Virus record (IMG/VR): IMGVR_UViG_3300037418_001469
Length of the DNA: 64,000 nucleotides
Direction: 5' to 3' (one strand)
Source: a virus
This document shows positions 22,217-33,040 of the stretch, one piece after another. The position numbers and the translations under genes are program-made. The notes under the pieces were generated by a model that was not told the origin of the DNA, searched no databases, and worked only from the letters and a program-made list of their open reading frames with translations. Numbering within the stretch: position 1 is the first letter of the stretch; every line of letters starts with the position of its first letter.

Positions 22217-22350
22217 TTCCTTTCTTTTCCCGCCCGCAAAATTTAAGTTCTAAACTTTAAATTAAAATCATATAATCGACTATAACCGTTATTCAGTGGA
22301 TAACATTCACTGTTAGAATCAAAAAATAAATCATAGGAGCGTGCTTATTT

Positions 22351-23664
22351 ATGAAAAAATCAGATTTTCTAGAAATGAAAGTTCAAAAATCAGGGGAGTC
22401 TTTAAAGGGAATTGCAAGTCTTATTACTCAGTCTTTTGAGGTTGAAGCAATGACAAAAAGTGATGAAGATGTTTTATCTCGCAAATTAGATTCAATTGGC
22501 AAAGGTTTAGCAAGGGATAAAAGTATTAACGATGGTAATGGTTGGAATGATGATGTACACCATGATGTTTCATTAACTTCTTATACTCATGATAATGGTG
22601 GTCTATATGGTACTGAAACAAGTTCTTCACCTATTGATATCTGCAATTGGTTTGAATTGAAAAACTATTTAAATCAAATATTAGACACTTATTTACAAGC
22701 TAGTGGGAATAAAGTTCATTTTACTGTTAGAGGTTCTATGCATGTACACAATACATTATCATATACTTATGATGAGGATTACAACCTTCTTAGTGCTGTA
22801 AAATTAGACATTAACGGTGTCTACCATAATGTGGCTCGTTTTATCCTTAAGTTTATGCCCGTTATGAAATGGTTGGTAATGACTGATAGAAAAGGTGCTC
22901 GTGGGGTTCGTGGTTCATCATATGGTGATAAATTTGATAATGATAGATTATTTTCTTGGTGGTCTGAATATGAGGGTTCTATAGATACTGATAGCACATA
23001 CAGACTAACTCATTTTGATAGAAACTCATGTTTTCGAGTTATGCAAGCTAATTGCTTACACTATGAAAATCGCTTAGCAGATTGTAGTTTTAACGCTACA
23101 CACATTGGTATGTGGTTGTCAATCAATCGTGCAATAACTCTTATGGGTATTGATTTTTCAAGGAATGGTTATTTGTTCAATATCAATGGTGATGATGTAG
23201 AATTATCTAGAGACTTGATGTATCAACATTCTAGAGGTTATAAATACGTTGGCAAAGAATCTATCGAAATGCTATATAAACAGTTTGTTGGATATCTTGC
23301 AAAATATCTTAAAATTATTGGTTCACTAGAAACTATTGAAGTGATGGATAAGTTAATCAAGTGTCCTATTTCAGAATACTTAAATGAGAACAATATTACT
23401 GAGGAATATTGGAATCTAGAGATTATAGAAAAAGTGTTTAATACTAGGAATCGTGCTAGTGATACGGTTCTAAGAGATAGATTCTTAGAAGGTATCAAGG
23501 CTATGCTTATTCCTAATGCGGATAGCTTGAACGACTTCTTAGATAATACTGCAAGTTATCTAGAGGTAGAATCTAAAAAGGTTAAATCATTATATCAGAT
23601 GTTCAAACGTGAAAACGTGGATATTGAGTTCTTAGGTGGTAGACTTGTATATCTTGGGGATTAA
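22351..23664 (+). CDS. Putative COOH-NH2 amidoligase, divergent paralog 1
   Basis: SFEVE, HDVSL, ETSSSP, GSMHVH, HYENRL; C-terminal extension shared with 39658. Confidence 0.62.
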   Translation: MKKSDFLEMKVQKSGESLKGIASLITQSFEVEAMTKSDEDVLSRKLDSIGKGLARDKSINDGNGWNDDVHHDVSLTSYTHDNGGLYGTETSSSPIDICNWFELKNYLNQILDTYLQASGNKVHFTVRGSMHVHNTLSYTYDEDYNLLSAVKLDINGVYHNVARFILKFMPVMKWLVMTDRKGARGVRGSSYGDKFDNDRLFSWWSEYEGSIDTDSTYRLTHFDRNSCFRVMQANCLHYENRLADCSFNATHIGMWLSINRAITLMGIDFSRNGYLFNINGDDVELSRDLMYQHSRGYKYVGKESIEMLYKQFVGYLAKYLKIIGSLETIEVMDKLIKCPISEYLNENNITEEYWNLEIIEKVFNTRNRASDTVLRDRFLEGIKAMLIPNADSLNDFLDNTASYLEVESKKVKSLYQMFKRENVDIEFLGGRLVYLGD

Positions 23665-23726
23665 TTTCCCCTTGGTATTAAGTTATAAGTTTAAAGTTTA
23701 AAATTATATCGTAGGGGGAATTAATA

Positions 23727-24326
23727 ATGAAAGTGTCCGTACAAGTAGCTAGGGAGCAAATGAGAATCTTACTAGGTGCAGGTGCAGAATTTAATTGGAG
23801 AGAGAACTATATTCATGGCACATGGTTAGAGTTTAATATTAAATCATGCTATGCGGATAGAGTAGAAACAATTTGTGATATGATTAGTAATGATTGGGGA
23901 TATGAATTAGACAGAAAAAATAATATTGCTACATTCTCATTATTCGATTTTAATAAGGAGAATACAGTGGAAAAGAAACAACTAATTAAGGTTCGCCAAT
24001 GGTTAACTAGACGAGATAGCAACCCTATTCCAATGCGTACTATGGAATGTGTAGTAGTTAGAGAGACAGCTAGAGCAATTCAGGTAAAGTTGAAGGGACA
24101 TTTAAATCCATCTAGTAATTGCAATCATTGTGGTAGAAAATTAACGCACCCTGTAAGTTTAATGTATGGGCTTGGTCCTATTTGTGGTGGGCATTTTCAT
24201 ATTAACCCTTGTGATAATGAGCAACAATTGAAGGCTCGTTATGATGATATGAAGCGTAAAATGGAAAGTGTAACATGGGAAGGTTGGATACCTAGAAGTC
24301 AAATAGAATCTATGCAAACAGTATAA
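23727..24326 (+). CDS. DUF6011-like Zn-finger protein
   Basis: CNHCGRKLTHPVSLMYGLGPIC. Confidence 0.7.
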   Translation: MKVSVQVAREQMRILLGAGAEFNWRENYIHGTWLEFNIKSCYADRVETICDMISNDWGYELDRKNNIATFSLFDFNKENTVEKKQLIKVRQWLTRRDSNPIPMRTMECVVVRETARAIQVKLKGHLNPSSNCNHCGRKLTHPVSLMYGLGPICGGHFHINPCDNEQQLKARYDDMKRKMESVTWEGWIPRSQIESMQTV

Positions 24327-24710
24327 TATTATATCCTACACTGCCTATAATCTAAAAATAGATTATGGGCAGGAATGTTATAATATTAAATTATAAGGAG
24401 GTGGTAATATGATGACTAGGGATGAATTAATTGCGGAATTATTAAAATTGTCACCCAATGATTGTGTAATTGGTGTCTATGTGGAAAGTATTGATAGTGT
24501 TGTTGATGTTACTGGTGTTGAAATGTATAACGGTGAAATTAATATTAGGGTTGATTATTAAATTATAAGGAGTGGGAAGAATGAGAGACTTATCACATTT
24601 AAGCAAAGAGGAATTACTAAAATTACTATCTGTTATTTATGATAATGCTGATTTTTTCGGTAATGATATGACCACTGGTATTATCTGTAGGGCAGAGGAG
24701 GAAATTAAAA

Positions 24711-26184
24711 ATGTATAAGTGTTATAGCAAGAAACAATTTGAATATTTCTTAAGGAATTTATTAATTGAGAATCGTTTAGGGTTCTTATCTGATGTTACT
24801 GATACACATAATCAAACTTGGGAATATATATATGAAGTTAGTACACGCAATCCATCTGTTAAAGTTATCATCTTTTCTTCCGTTGATAAGCGCACACAAA
24901 AAACTAGAGATAATGGTGATGATAGGGTTCGCTTGGTTCTTAGGTGGACTAACAGGAAAGGCGAACACGTTTATAAGCGGTTAGCTAGACATAACCGTAT
25001 TGAAACACTATTTAACAATGTTAAGAGTACATTATTAAATGCTAATGTATTCAATCTTAACTTGTCAGAGTTTAGCAATAAACTACCATTTTAAAGGAGT
25101 GTTGACAATGGGATTCTCATGTATGAAATGCAAAAAATTTACTACTGATTTAGAGTTTATCACCAAGAAAACGCAACCTAAAAAGTTTGATGATTATACT
25201 AAAATTGGCGTATGTCCTGCATGTAAGGCAAAACGTGAAAAATGGATGAAATCAAGGGGGTTAGCATGATATGTGGATTGTAACTTATTACAATATTAGC
25301 ACTTGGGATAAAGAGTGGGCTGAATTTGATACTCGTTGTGAAGCTATGGACTATGCTATGGAAAGATTAGAAAAGCAAAAAGAGTCTGCATACTTAGATG
25401 GTAAAGTTAAAGTGTTTTCGTCTACCGCAGATGATGAAATAGAAGAACCTAAATTAGCTTATAAACTAGCAAAAATGATGGCTGATTGTATTGACAAAGA
25501 GAATAGTGTTATTACTATTGATGATTTTTATGATAGTGTTGGTATATGTGAATCTAATAGGACTGATTTTGGAACTACTAGTCTTATGAAGGATGCTAAT
25601 AAATACTTGGACAGATGGGGATATTAACAGTGTTATCTGCCTATGATATAAAATTATATCGTAGGTAGCCTAGACTGTTAAAGTCTAAGATTATATTATT
25701 AGGGAGTGTTGGGGATGGCACAATTAAAAGTAGATATTGAAAAATTTGTAGTAGAAAATAAGGAGGAATTAGTTAGTAACTACCTTGCTAAGGTATGCAC
25801 TAAGTTTAAGAGTCAATTATTAGATTTACATGATGCAAGAAAGGGGTATGATGAAATTATTAGCTTTATCCTATCATTAAAGTATAAGTATATAGTATAA
25901 TATTATAGTGAGGTTGTTGTATGTTGTGGCTATCTTTACTACTATTGCAATTCCTACCTATGTTTCTAGCTTGTGTAAAATCTAATAATCAATTATAAGG
26001 AGTGGGGAAAATGACAGATAAGGGAATAATGATGCTAGATAGAATTTTAGTTATGGTAGAAGAAATCAATTCAGAGTTACATTGGCTAGAGGAACTGCCT
26101 ACATTAACATGTGAACAAGCGGATAGATGGCAACGATTAACTATTAAGCATGAAACTATAAAAGAAATTATGGGGATGATGTAA
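24711..26184 (+). CDS. Small hypothetical early proteins (24711-25094, ~25108-25269, 25271-25627, ~25715-25900, ~26011-26184)
   Basis: ORF track with RBSs. Confidence 0.55.
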
Positions 26185-26768
26185 TGACTAGTGGGTTTGG
26201 TGTTATAATAGCGATTGTTGAATTGTTTCTATATTGTAGCTTAGTAGCTTGTATTGGCTATCTTTTAAACAGATTCTTTCCGCCATTCAAAAAATTAGTT
26301 AACTTTCTTGTTAATGCTGATAAATAATAATTGACAGTTTAAAGCTGATAGTATAATATAGAGTTATACCAACTAGAGGAGAGTGTTAGATTGAGAACGT
26401 ATAATCTATTATTAAAGCGTAAAGGTATTATCTGTACTGATACAGTTACTACTAACCCTATCGGTCTAATATTATATCGTTGGAAGAATAGACTTTGGGA
26501 AGTTACGGTTATTGAATAGTAATTGGTGCTTACAATCTGATTTTAGATTGTAAGTAGTCGTGACTAGTCAATGAGTATAGTCAAATATTATATTAGGAGG
26601 TAAGATATGTATATTGTCTCATTTACAGATAATAGCGGAAAAGTGCATGAACATGAGCATGAGTATGAAAGCACTGCTAAATTATTTATTGAACACATGA
26701 AAGAATTTTATCCTAATAGTAATCCTGTTTTAAAAATCAAAAATTAAATTATAAGGGGCGTGGGGAAA

Positions 26769-27188
26769 ATGATTAAAGTAGAAAATAATACTGTAAGTGT
26801 TAATGGGATATCTATTCAATTTGATTCTACAACAAGTCTTAATAGTTTTTTATTAGACTATGTTTCTAAGCATGAGCAGGTTGTTTCGCAAGTTGAAAAG
26901 ATTATTATAGAAAAACCTTTTAATTATAAGCTACAAATGTTAATTGATACTTGTGGGTATATTGAAATTGAAGAACTTGGTTTATCAGTTCGTTCTTTCA
27001 ATTGTTTAAAGCGTGCAGGAATTAATATAATTAAAGATGTTCTAGAATTAGATTATGAGCGTATAATTAGAGTAAGAAACTTAGGGATTAGAAGTATTAG
27101 AGAAATTGAAAGTGTGGTAAATGAGTTCACACGTTCTAATTATATTAATTGGTCTGAATCTTTACCGCCCGTTGCAGTCGAAAATTAA
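26769..27188 (+). CDS. Protein carrying an RNA polymerase alpha-subunit C-terminal domain
   Basis: IEELGLSVRSFNCLKRAGIN...VRNLGIRSIREI, close to bacterial alpha-CTD. Confidence 0.85.
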   Translation: MIKVENNTVSVNGISIQFDSTTSLNSFLLDYVSKHEQVVSQVEKIIIEKPFNYKLQMLIDTCGYIEIEELGLSVRSFNCLKRAGINIIKDVLELDYERIIRVRNLGIRSIREIESVVNEFTRSNYINWSESLPPVAVEN

Positions 27189-27530
27189 ATCTTAAGGAGT
27201 GAGTAGCTTTGGAGAAGAAGGAAATGCAAGGATTTAAAGGAGGAAGCAAAATGAGATTAGTTAAGATGACAATTCATTGGATAATGATGAAGTGGTATTT
27301 TCAATTATGGCATAAGGTTTCAAGAATGACCAATCAAAAATGGCATGACAAATTTTACTATTATGCAGAAACATTGATAAAAATGTGAAAAAACGGGTAC
27401 CAAAAAATTTTAAAAAATTTGGTACCTTTTACTTTTTGACTCGTAAAGTTTTAAGTTGACCATTGACAATTGTTTTCTTATGGTGTATGCTTAGGATAGT
27501 CAAACAAACTAAATTTAAGGAGTGGTTGTA

Positions 27531-28748
27531 ATGTGTAATGATAAAAAACGTACTTATGGAATCGAACTAGAGGGTTATACAGATGAGAATATTAGGGGTA
27601 ATCATATAGGTCAGGGTTGGAAAGTTATTGAAGATGGTTCTTTAAATGATGGAACAGATGAATGTTGTGATTGTGATGGTAGAGGTCACAATGAATGTTA
27701 TCGTTGTGATGGTAGAGGTAATGTTGATTGTGATGATTGTTGCGGTAGTGGTGAAGTTCCTTGCGGTGAGTGTGATTGCACAGGATATATAGAATGCCAT
27801 CATTGTGATGGTGAAGGCGGTAGTTGGGTATCTGATGATGAAGGTGATGAAGATTGGGTAGAATGTGAACATTGTGAAGGCAATAAAACATTAGATTGTA
27901 ATGATTGTAATGGTAGTGGGTATACTACCTGTGAAACTTGTGATGGTGACGGTGAAATTGAATGTGAATCTTGTGATGGTAATGGAAGTTACGAGTGTGA
28001 ATCTTGTGATGGTCGTGGTTCTCATGGTGATGGTGAATACTATGGTGTTGAATGTGTGAGTGGTATCTTAACAGAAGGTGATTATGAGCCTATTAATCAT
28101 ATATTTGACTATATCGAACGCTATGATTGGACTATTGAAGATGATTGCGGTACTCATGTTCATATTGGCGGTGATGATTTAAATGAGAAAGACTTGTCTA
28201 AACTTTATATTCTTGCTAATATTCTTGAGCCTGCTATTTATGGTTCACTTCCTAGTAATCGTATTAATGGCACTTATGCAAAACACACACAGAGAGATAT
28301 GGCAGAATATTTAATTGGAAAAGGAGAGGATATTACATTACAACAATTAGCTGATTATTATTATGGATATAGCGTTAGATTAAACGGACACTTTCAAAAA
28401 TATGATAGCGCTAGATATTATGGTTTAAATTTAAACTCTTGGTTCTATCGTAAGACAATTGAGTTTAGATACTTTGAAGGTGCTATCAATAGAGAGAAAG
28501 CTAATAATTGGATAGAGTTGTGCATTAAGCTAGTAGACTTTGCAAAATATACTACCTTTGAGCAGTTAATGGTTATAGGCAAAGACTTCTATTTGATAGA
28601 TAACCTACAAGAATTACTAGACAAAACAGAAGAATTATTAGGTTTAGAGTATAATATTGGAGCATATAGTAACTACGCATATCAGGAATCAAAGCATAAT
28701 GTAGCAAGTCAATTCAGAGATACTCACATTATTACTCGTGCAGTATAA
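27531..28748 (+). CDS. Putative amidoligase paralog 2 with a DnaJ-like Zn-finger insertion
   Basis: TYGIELE, EDGSL, ten CxxCxGxG-type repeats, GVECVS, CGTHVH, RYYGLN, TIEFRYF. Confidence 0.82.
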   Translation: MCNDKKRTYGIELEGYTDENIRGNHIGQGWKVIEDGSLNDGTDECCDCDGRGHNECYRCDGRGNVDCDDCCGSGEVPCGECDCTGYIECHHCDGEGGSWVSDDEGDEDWVECEHCEGNKTLDCNDCNGSGYTTCETCDGDGEIECESCDGNGSYECESCDGRGSHGDGEYYGVECVSGILTEGDYEPINHIFDYIERYDWTIEDDCGTHVHIGGDDLNEKDLSKLYILANILEPAIYGSLPSNRINGTYAKHTQRDMAEYLIGKGEDITLQQLADYYYGYSVRLNGHFQKYDSARYYGLNLNSWFYRKTIEFRYFEGAINREKANNWIELCIKLVDFAKYTTFEQLMVIGKDFYLIDNLQELLDKTEELLGLEYNIGAYSNYAYQESKHNVASQFRDTHIITRAV

Positions 28749-28881
28749 TAATTGACTATTAGGTGAAGGGGGGATTGTCCCCCTTTCCTAGTATAATCTA
28801 AAATTAAACTATTAAAAATCCTTGTTATTTACTAGGAGGTTTAGTATAATATGTATATACATTAAATTAGGAGGTAGAATT

Positions 28882-29274
28882 ATGGAAAGTAATTATCGTA
28901 CTATTGAGGTGAAGTTGGGCAATTATATTAAGAGATTTGAAATGAGAGATACTTATATTGGTACTTTTGTAGTGGACAATAAGCTATTTAATGTTATTGG
29001 CACTCAACATTCAATGGAAAGGCTAGACGAACGTAACATAAACAAGTATCATATTTTGTCTAGCATTGTCGGATTAGGTGAAAAACTTGCGACACACAAT
29101 AATAGTGGTAAGCACATTATTATTAGTGACGAAAAGAAAGATATCTCTACTATCTTTACAATCGAAAATTTCACTGTAGTATTAATTACTGTGTTGGACA
29201 GAGGACAGATGTATATTTCTCCCAATGTTACACATAAGCGGACAGTCATTGAAACGTATGATAATGTTGGTTAA
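28882..29274 (+). CDS. Possible BECR/DUF4258-like ribonuclease-fold protein
   Basis: TQHSMERLDERNI and C-terminal VLITV strand. Confidence 0.4.
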   Translation: MESNYRTIEVKLGNYIKRFEMRDTYIGTFVVDNKLFNVIGTQHSMERLDERNINKYHILSSIVGLGEKLATHNNSGKHIIISDEKKDISTIFTIENFTVVLITVLDRGQMYISPNVTHKRTVIETYDNVG

Positions 29275-29376
29275 TTAATTAGTGATTGGTTGCCTAGAGT
29301 TGATTATTTGATTCTAGGCAAGGGGTGACTAATTAAAAACTAGTCTAAAATTAGATTACAAGGGAGATTGATAGGT

Positions 29377-30093
29377 ATGACATTTAAAATTGAGGGACAA
29401 TGTGTAGCTTGTGAAAATATGGCAGTAGATGAAGTACTAGATGAGACTATGGTAGAATATTTGAGTGTGTGTGACGATTGCTACAAAGAAGTATTTATCA
29501 ATGTTGCTAATAGTGGGGAGCAATATTTCTTTGAGTGGGCAGAAGAAATGTATGGTACGGAAAAAGCAGTAGGACTAACAAGTGAAATTTTTGGTCAAGA
29601 GTCTACTATTAGATTAGGAGTTGAAGATATGGGTAAAAAGCGGAAAAGAAAAGAAAATGAAAGAATGATAACTATGTTTACTTATGGCATATTAAAATAT
29701 CCTTACAACATTAAACGTGAAGGCGGTATAAATATAGTCGAAAATTCGTTTATAAGAGGACATAAAATGCATCTTTATGCTAGTTCGTTCCCTATTACTA
29801 GAATGACTAATGATGATACAGATTTTGTTTATGGCACACTATTTGAAGTACCTGAAAGTCAAGTATTATACTCTTATGATTTTACAGAAGGATATAACCC
29901 TAAAGCACACCCTTCTATGAATATGTATAATAGAATAGAGGTTGAAGTAGTTAAGCCTAATGGTGAAATTGTAATTGCTAATATGTATTATGCTAATCAA
30001 AGACAGTTTGCCCAACATTTGAATAATAACACATGGATTCCTACAGGAAATTTTGATGATAGACAAATGGCTAAGTCATACAAAAGGAAGTGA
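29377..30093 (+). CDS. Gamma-glutamylcyclotransferase (AIG2-like); possible internal start at ~29628
   Basis: FTYGILK, VYGTLFEV, YDFTEGY, YNRIEV, ANMYY. Confidence 0.8.
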   Translation: MTFKIEGQCVACENMAVDEVLDETMVEYLSVCDDCYKEVFINVANSGEQYFFEWAEEMYGTEKAVGLTSEIFGQESTIRLGVEDMGKKRKRKENERMITMFTYGILKYPYNIKREGGINIVENSFIRGHKMHLYASSFPITRMTNDDTDFVYGTLFEVPESQVLYSYDFTEGYNPKAHPSMNMYNRIEVEVVKPNGEIVIANMYYANQRQFAQHLNNNTWIPTGNFDDRQMAKSYKRK

Positions 30094-30336
30094 TGCTATG
30101 AAAGATTGTCTAGGTCTTTTCTTACTTGGACTTGGTGGAATATATTTATTCTTCTTATTGATTGTTTGTAACCTATAAAATTAAACTATAAACTTTTAGT
30201 TGACAATTGAAAGTGAGGTATGCTATGATTGAGGTAGCTAATACAGTAGTGATTGCAGTTTGTCTTTGTTGGTTCGGTTCTTATATTGTAATAATAGACT
30301 ATAAGGCAAACAAAAAATTGAAAGAGGGTAGATAAT

Positions 30337-31784
30337 ATGTCAATTAAATTAAACATTGGCGATTCTGTTTATGTAGATAACAATGAAACGTTTATAGTCG
30401 AAAAAAGAACTGTAGGGTATGCACTTGTTGGTTTAAGCGGTGAGACAGTAGCTAAATTTCCTCACCTTGCACAAATACCACATTATCTCAATAGCATATA
30501 TGATACAGTGGAAATAATCAAAAATAAGACTGTAAGTGAGAAAACTAAGGTAGAATATAGTATTATAACAGATGAATTAGAATATGTCGATGGCTTTGAT
30601 GATACTATCTATATGGCACTACAGAACATTGGCAAGATTAAAGGAATGAACATAGAAAAAATGTATCGTGAAGGTATTCTTACTAATGAGATGTTAGCTG
30701 AGATTCGTGTTTTTGTAGTCGAATATTTGAATAAAGTTACAGATAATACTATTGACCTTTCTCCACCTGAAAAAGAATACAAATTAGGTGATGAAGTAAC
30801 CGTATATTATGAAGATACTGTTCAAAATGCTACTATTATATGGTTGTCTGATGAAGAGAAGTATGGTCTATTACTTTACGGTGAGTTTACAGTCGAATAT
30901 TCTACTGCTAATGCAGATTGTGATAGTCCAACTAATTATATCTTGTGGCTACAAAGAAACTATGGTTTAAATATAGAGTAGGAAATTAAACTATTGGAGG
31001 AGATAGTATGAGTATTGAAAATCAGAAAAGATTTTATATTGACTTCAATTCAATTAGAATGTGCTATCCATATGAAATAAGTAAAAGAATTAATGATTTT
31101 GGAGTGTTAGAACAATATAAAGACAAGAAATATACAATGGCAGAGATAAATCAAATAGTTGCAGATTTAATAATGAAGAATCCATATATTAGTAATTCTA
31201 TGTTCATTAAAATTTGTGTTATGAGTGGCATGGGTTATCATCATATATTAGACATTAAGAACTATAATTATAGCAAGCAAGAGCGAACAGATAAAGAGGT
31301 TAGGTTTCAATATTAGAGTAGAATTTTCTACTCTTGGGATTTCAATTTAGTATTATACCTTAAGGAGTGATTACTATGGTCAAATATTCTACCAATATAG
31401 GTGTTACTGTTGTTTGTCTTTCTCCTATTGAAAAAGGTGATGTTATTAATGTTGTTGACAAGAAAGGAAATTCTGTTACTAAGTATGTGGAAAGTATTAA
31501 AGATAATCACTTAGAACTAGAAAGTTACCATATTCAATCAGTCATAATCAAACATTAAACTTTAAGGAGGTGATAACATGTCTCACATAGGAGATGGTAA
31601 GTTGTTTGCTATCGGTGATGCTTTGATGCAATTACAAAAACGCACATGGTGTCATATATCAAGTCGTAGAGAGACAGAAATTCAATTAATTCTTGAGATT
31701 GTTCATAAATTAGATTATAACGTAGAAGTGGACACAACATTAGATGGAGTAACTCGAATCTTTATATCGAATTACCTTGACTAA
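30337..31784 (+). CDS. Hypothetical proteins (30337-30981, 31008-31316, ~31376-31558, 31578-31784)
   Basis: ORF track with RBSs. Confidence 0.55.
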
Positions 31785-31914
31785 AATGTTAAGGTTGTGG
31801 TAAGATATAATAGTAAACAGTAAGGGATAATGCACCTAGAAAATAAAAAAACAGTTGACAAATGAAAGTTGAATGTGGTAAGATTAAACTAACAAATATT
31901 AAGGAGTGTTGTAA

Positions 31915-32814
31915 ATGAATGAAAAGTTAAAGGTGACACGCACATTAGGATTTGAAATTGAGTGCTTTGCAGATGTACCTTCTCGAACAGATAGTTGGGG
32001 TGACACATATGTTGATTATGATGATGTATCTATTCGTAATTGCGAAGTTAGTACTGATGGTTCATTATATGGAGGTAGCGGTACTCCATTAGAAGCAAAG
32101 ACAGACCCTATTAAAAATCTTAATATTGTAGAAGAAGTTTATAAAGAGTTAAGCGGAATGGATATGAACGTAAATAAAACCTGTGGTCTACATATTCATG
32201 TAGATACTAGCGACTACACAATTGAGGATAAAGCAAAGTTGTTACGTTTTGGAGCAGGAATTGAATTACTAATGTTCGCATTAGTTGACAAGTCTCGTCA
32301 AGGAAACGAATATACAGAAAAACTTCATAAAGGTTGGAGAAAGTTATTTCGTTCCAATTTTATGACGCAAAGTATTCCTTTTGATTCTTTTAACAATTTT
32401 AGTCAATTAGAAAGATATATACAGAATAACTCTACACATAGAGATGCTAGACATATTTGGAATGGTAGATACCAATGGTTAAATGCAGTAGTTAGTCATT
32501 GTCCTACCGCAGAGTTTAGAATCTTTAGCGCTACTACTGATTATAAACAAGCACAAAAGTTTGGCATGTTAGCCTATCATATCGTAGAAACAATCAAAAA
32601 TTCTACTATAGAACAAGTAAGGTTCATTATTCAATCTATCTATCAAAGTCAATCAGTGGACGAAATGCTTGACAGACTATTCGACTCTATTGGATTAGAC
32701 GGTGAGTTCAGACCTGAAATTTTAAATGATAAAATGGCTGAATATATTGACAATAAGTTCTGCAAGCCTATTCGTGAGCGTGAATTAGTAGGCGGTGAGC
32801 AACGAGCAGTTTAA
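31915..32814 (+). CDS. Putative amidoligase paralog 3
   Basis: TLGFEIE, TDGSL, EAKTDP, CGLHIH, RYQWLN, TAEFRIF. Confidence 0.85.
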   Translation: MNEKLKVTRTLGFEIECFADVPSRTDSWGDTYVDYDDVSIRNCEVSTDGSLYGGSGTPLEAKTDPIKNLNIVEEVYKELSGMDMNVNKTCGLHIHVDTSDYTIEDKAKLLRFGAGIELLMFALVDKSRQGNEYTEKLHKGWRKLFRSNFMTQSIPFDSFNNFSQLERYIQNNSTHRDARHIWNGRYQWLNAVVSHCPTAEFRIFSATTDYKQAQKFGMLAYHIVETIKNSTIEQVRFIIQSIYQSQSVDEMLDRLFDSIGLDGEFRPEILNDKMAEYIDNKFCKPIRERELVGGEQRAV

Positions 32815-32860
32815 AAAAGTTGTTGACAGTTGAAAGTTGATGTGCTAAGATAGTATTACA

Positions 32861-33007
32861 GTAAGCAATCCTCTAGGGAGGGACGGACACCCTCCTCTCA
32901 TGAAGCCCATCCTCCTTGAGTAAGAGGAAAATTATTTTAAATTGGTAAGGGGACTACAGGAGATTGACTGACTATCTATCTCTTGCCTTGCCTAGAGGAT
33001 TGCTTAC
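32861..33007 (+). ncRNA. Structured ~147-nt leader or sRNA
   Basis: Perfect 17-bp closing stem just downstream of the promoter at 32823, with internal hairpins. Confidence 0.55.
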
Positions 33008-33040
33008 AATAAAATAATAGACTATTGGAGGTTATTGTGA

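Larger units (their letters stand above)
21279..22303 (+). repeat. Two chained 28-30 nt inverted-repeat pairs enclosing genes
   Basis: 21279-21308 pairs with 21683-21712 (3 G-U); 21715-21742 pairs with 22276-22303 (1 G-U, 1 U-U). Confidence 0.85.
24324..29336 (+). repeat. Four related 50-65 nt intergenic hairpins (24324-24388, 25625-25680, 26517-26566, 29275-29336)
   Basis: TGC(C/T)TA arms, an internal loop, an outer stem, and the 16-bp box at the apex. Confidence 0.7.

Noticed and set aside
21279-22303. Invertible DNA segments or IS ends
   Set aside because: No recombinase or transposase nearby, and the mismatches are mostly G-U compatible on the + strand, favouring RNA pairing (not formally excluded)
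27625-27891. His-rich and Thr/Ile-rich minus-strand ORFs
   Set aside because: Antisense shadows of the TGTGATGGT Zn-finger repeats
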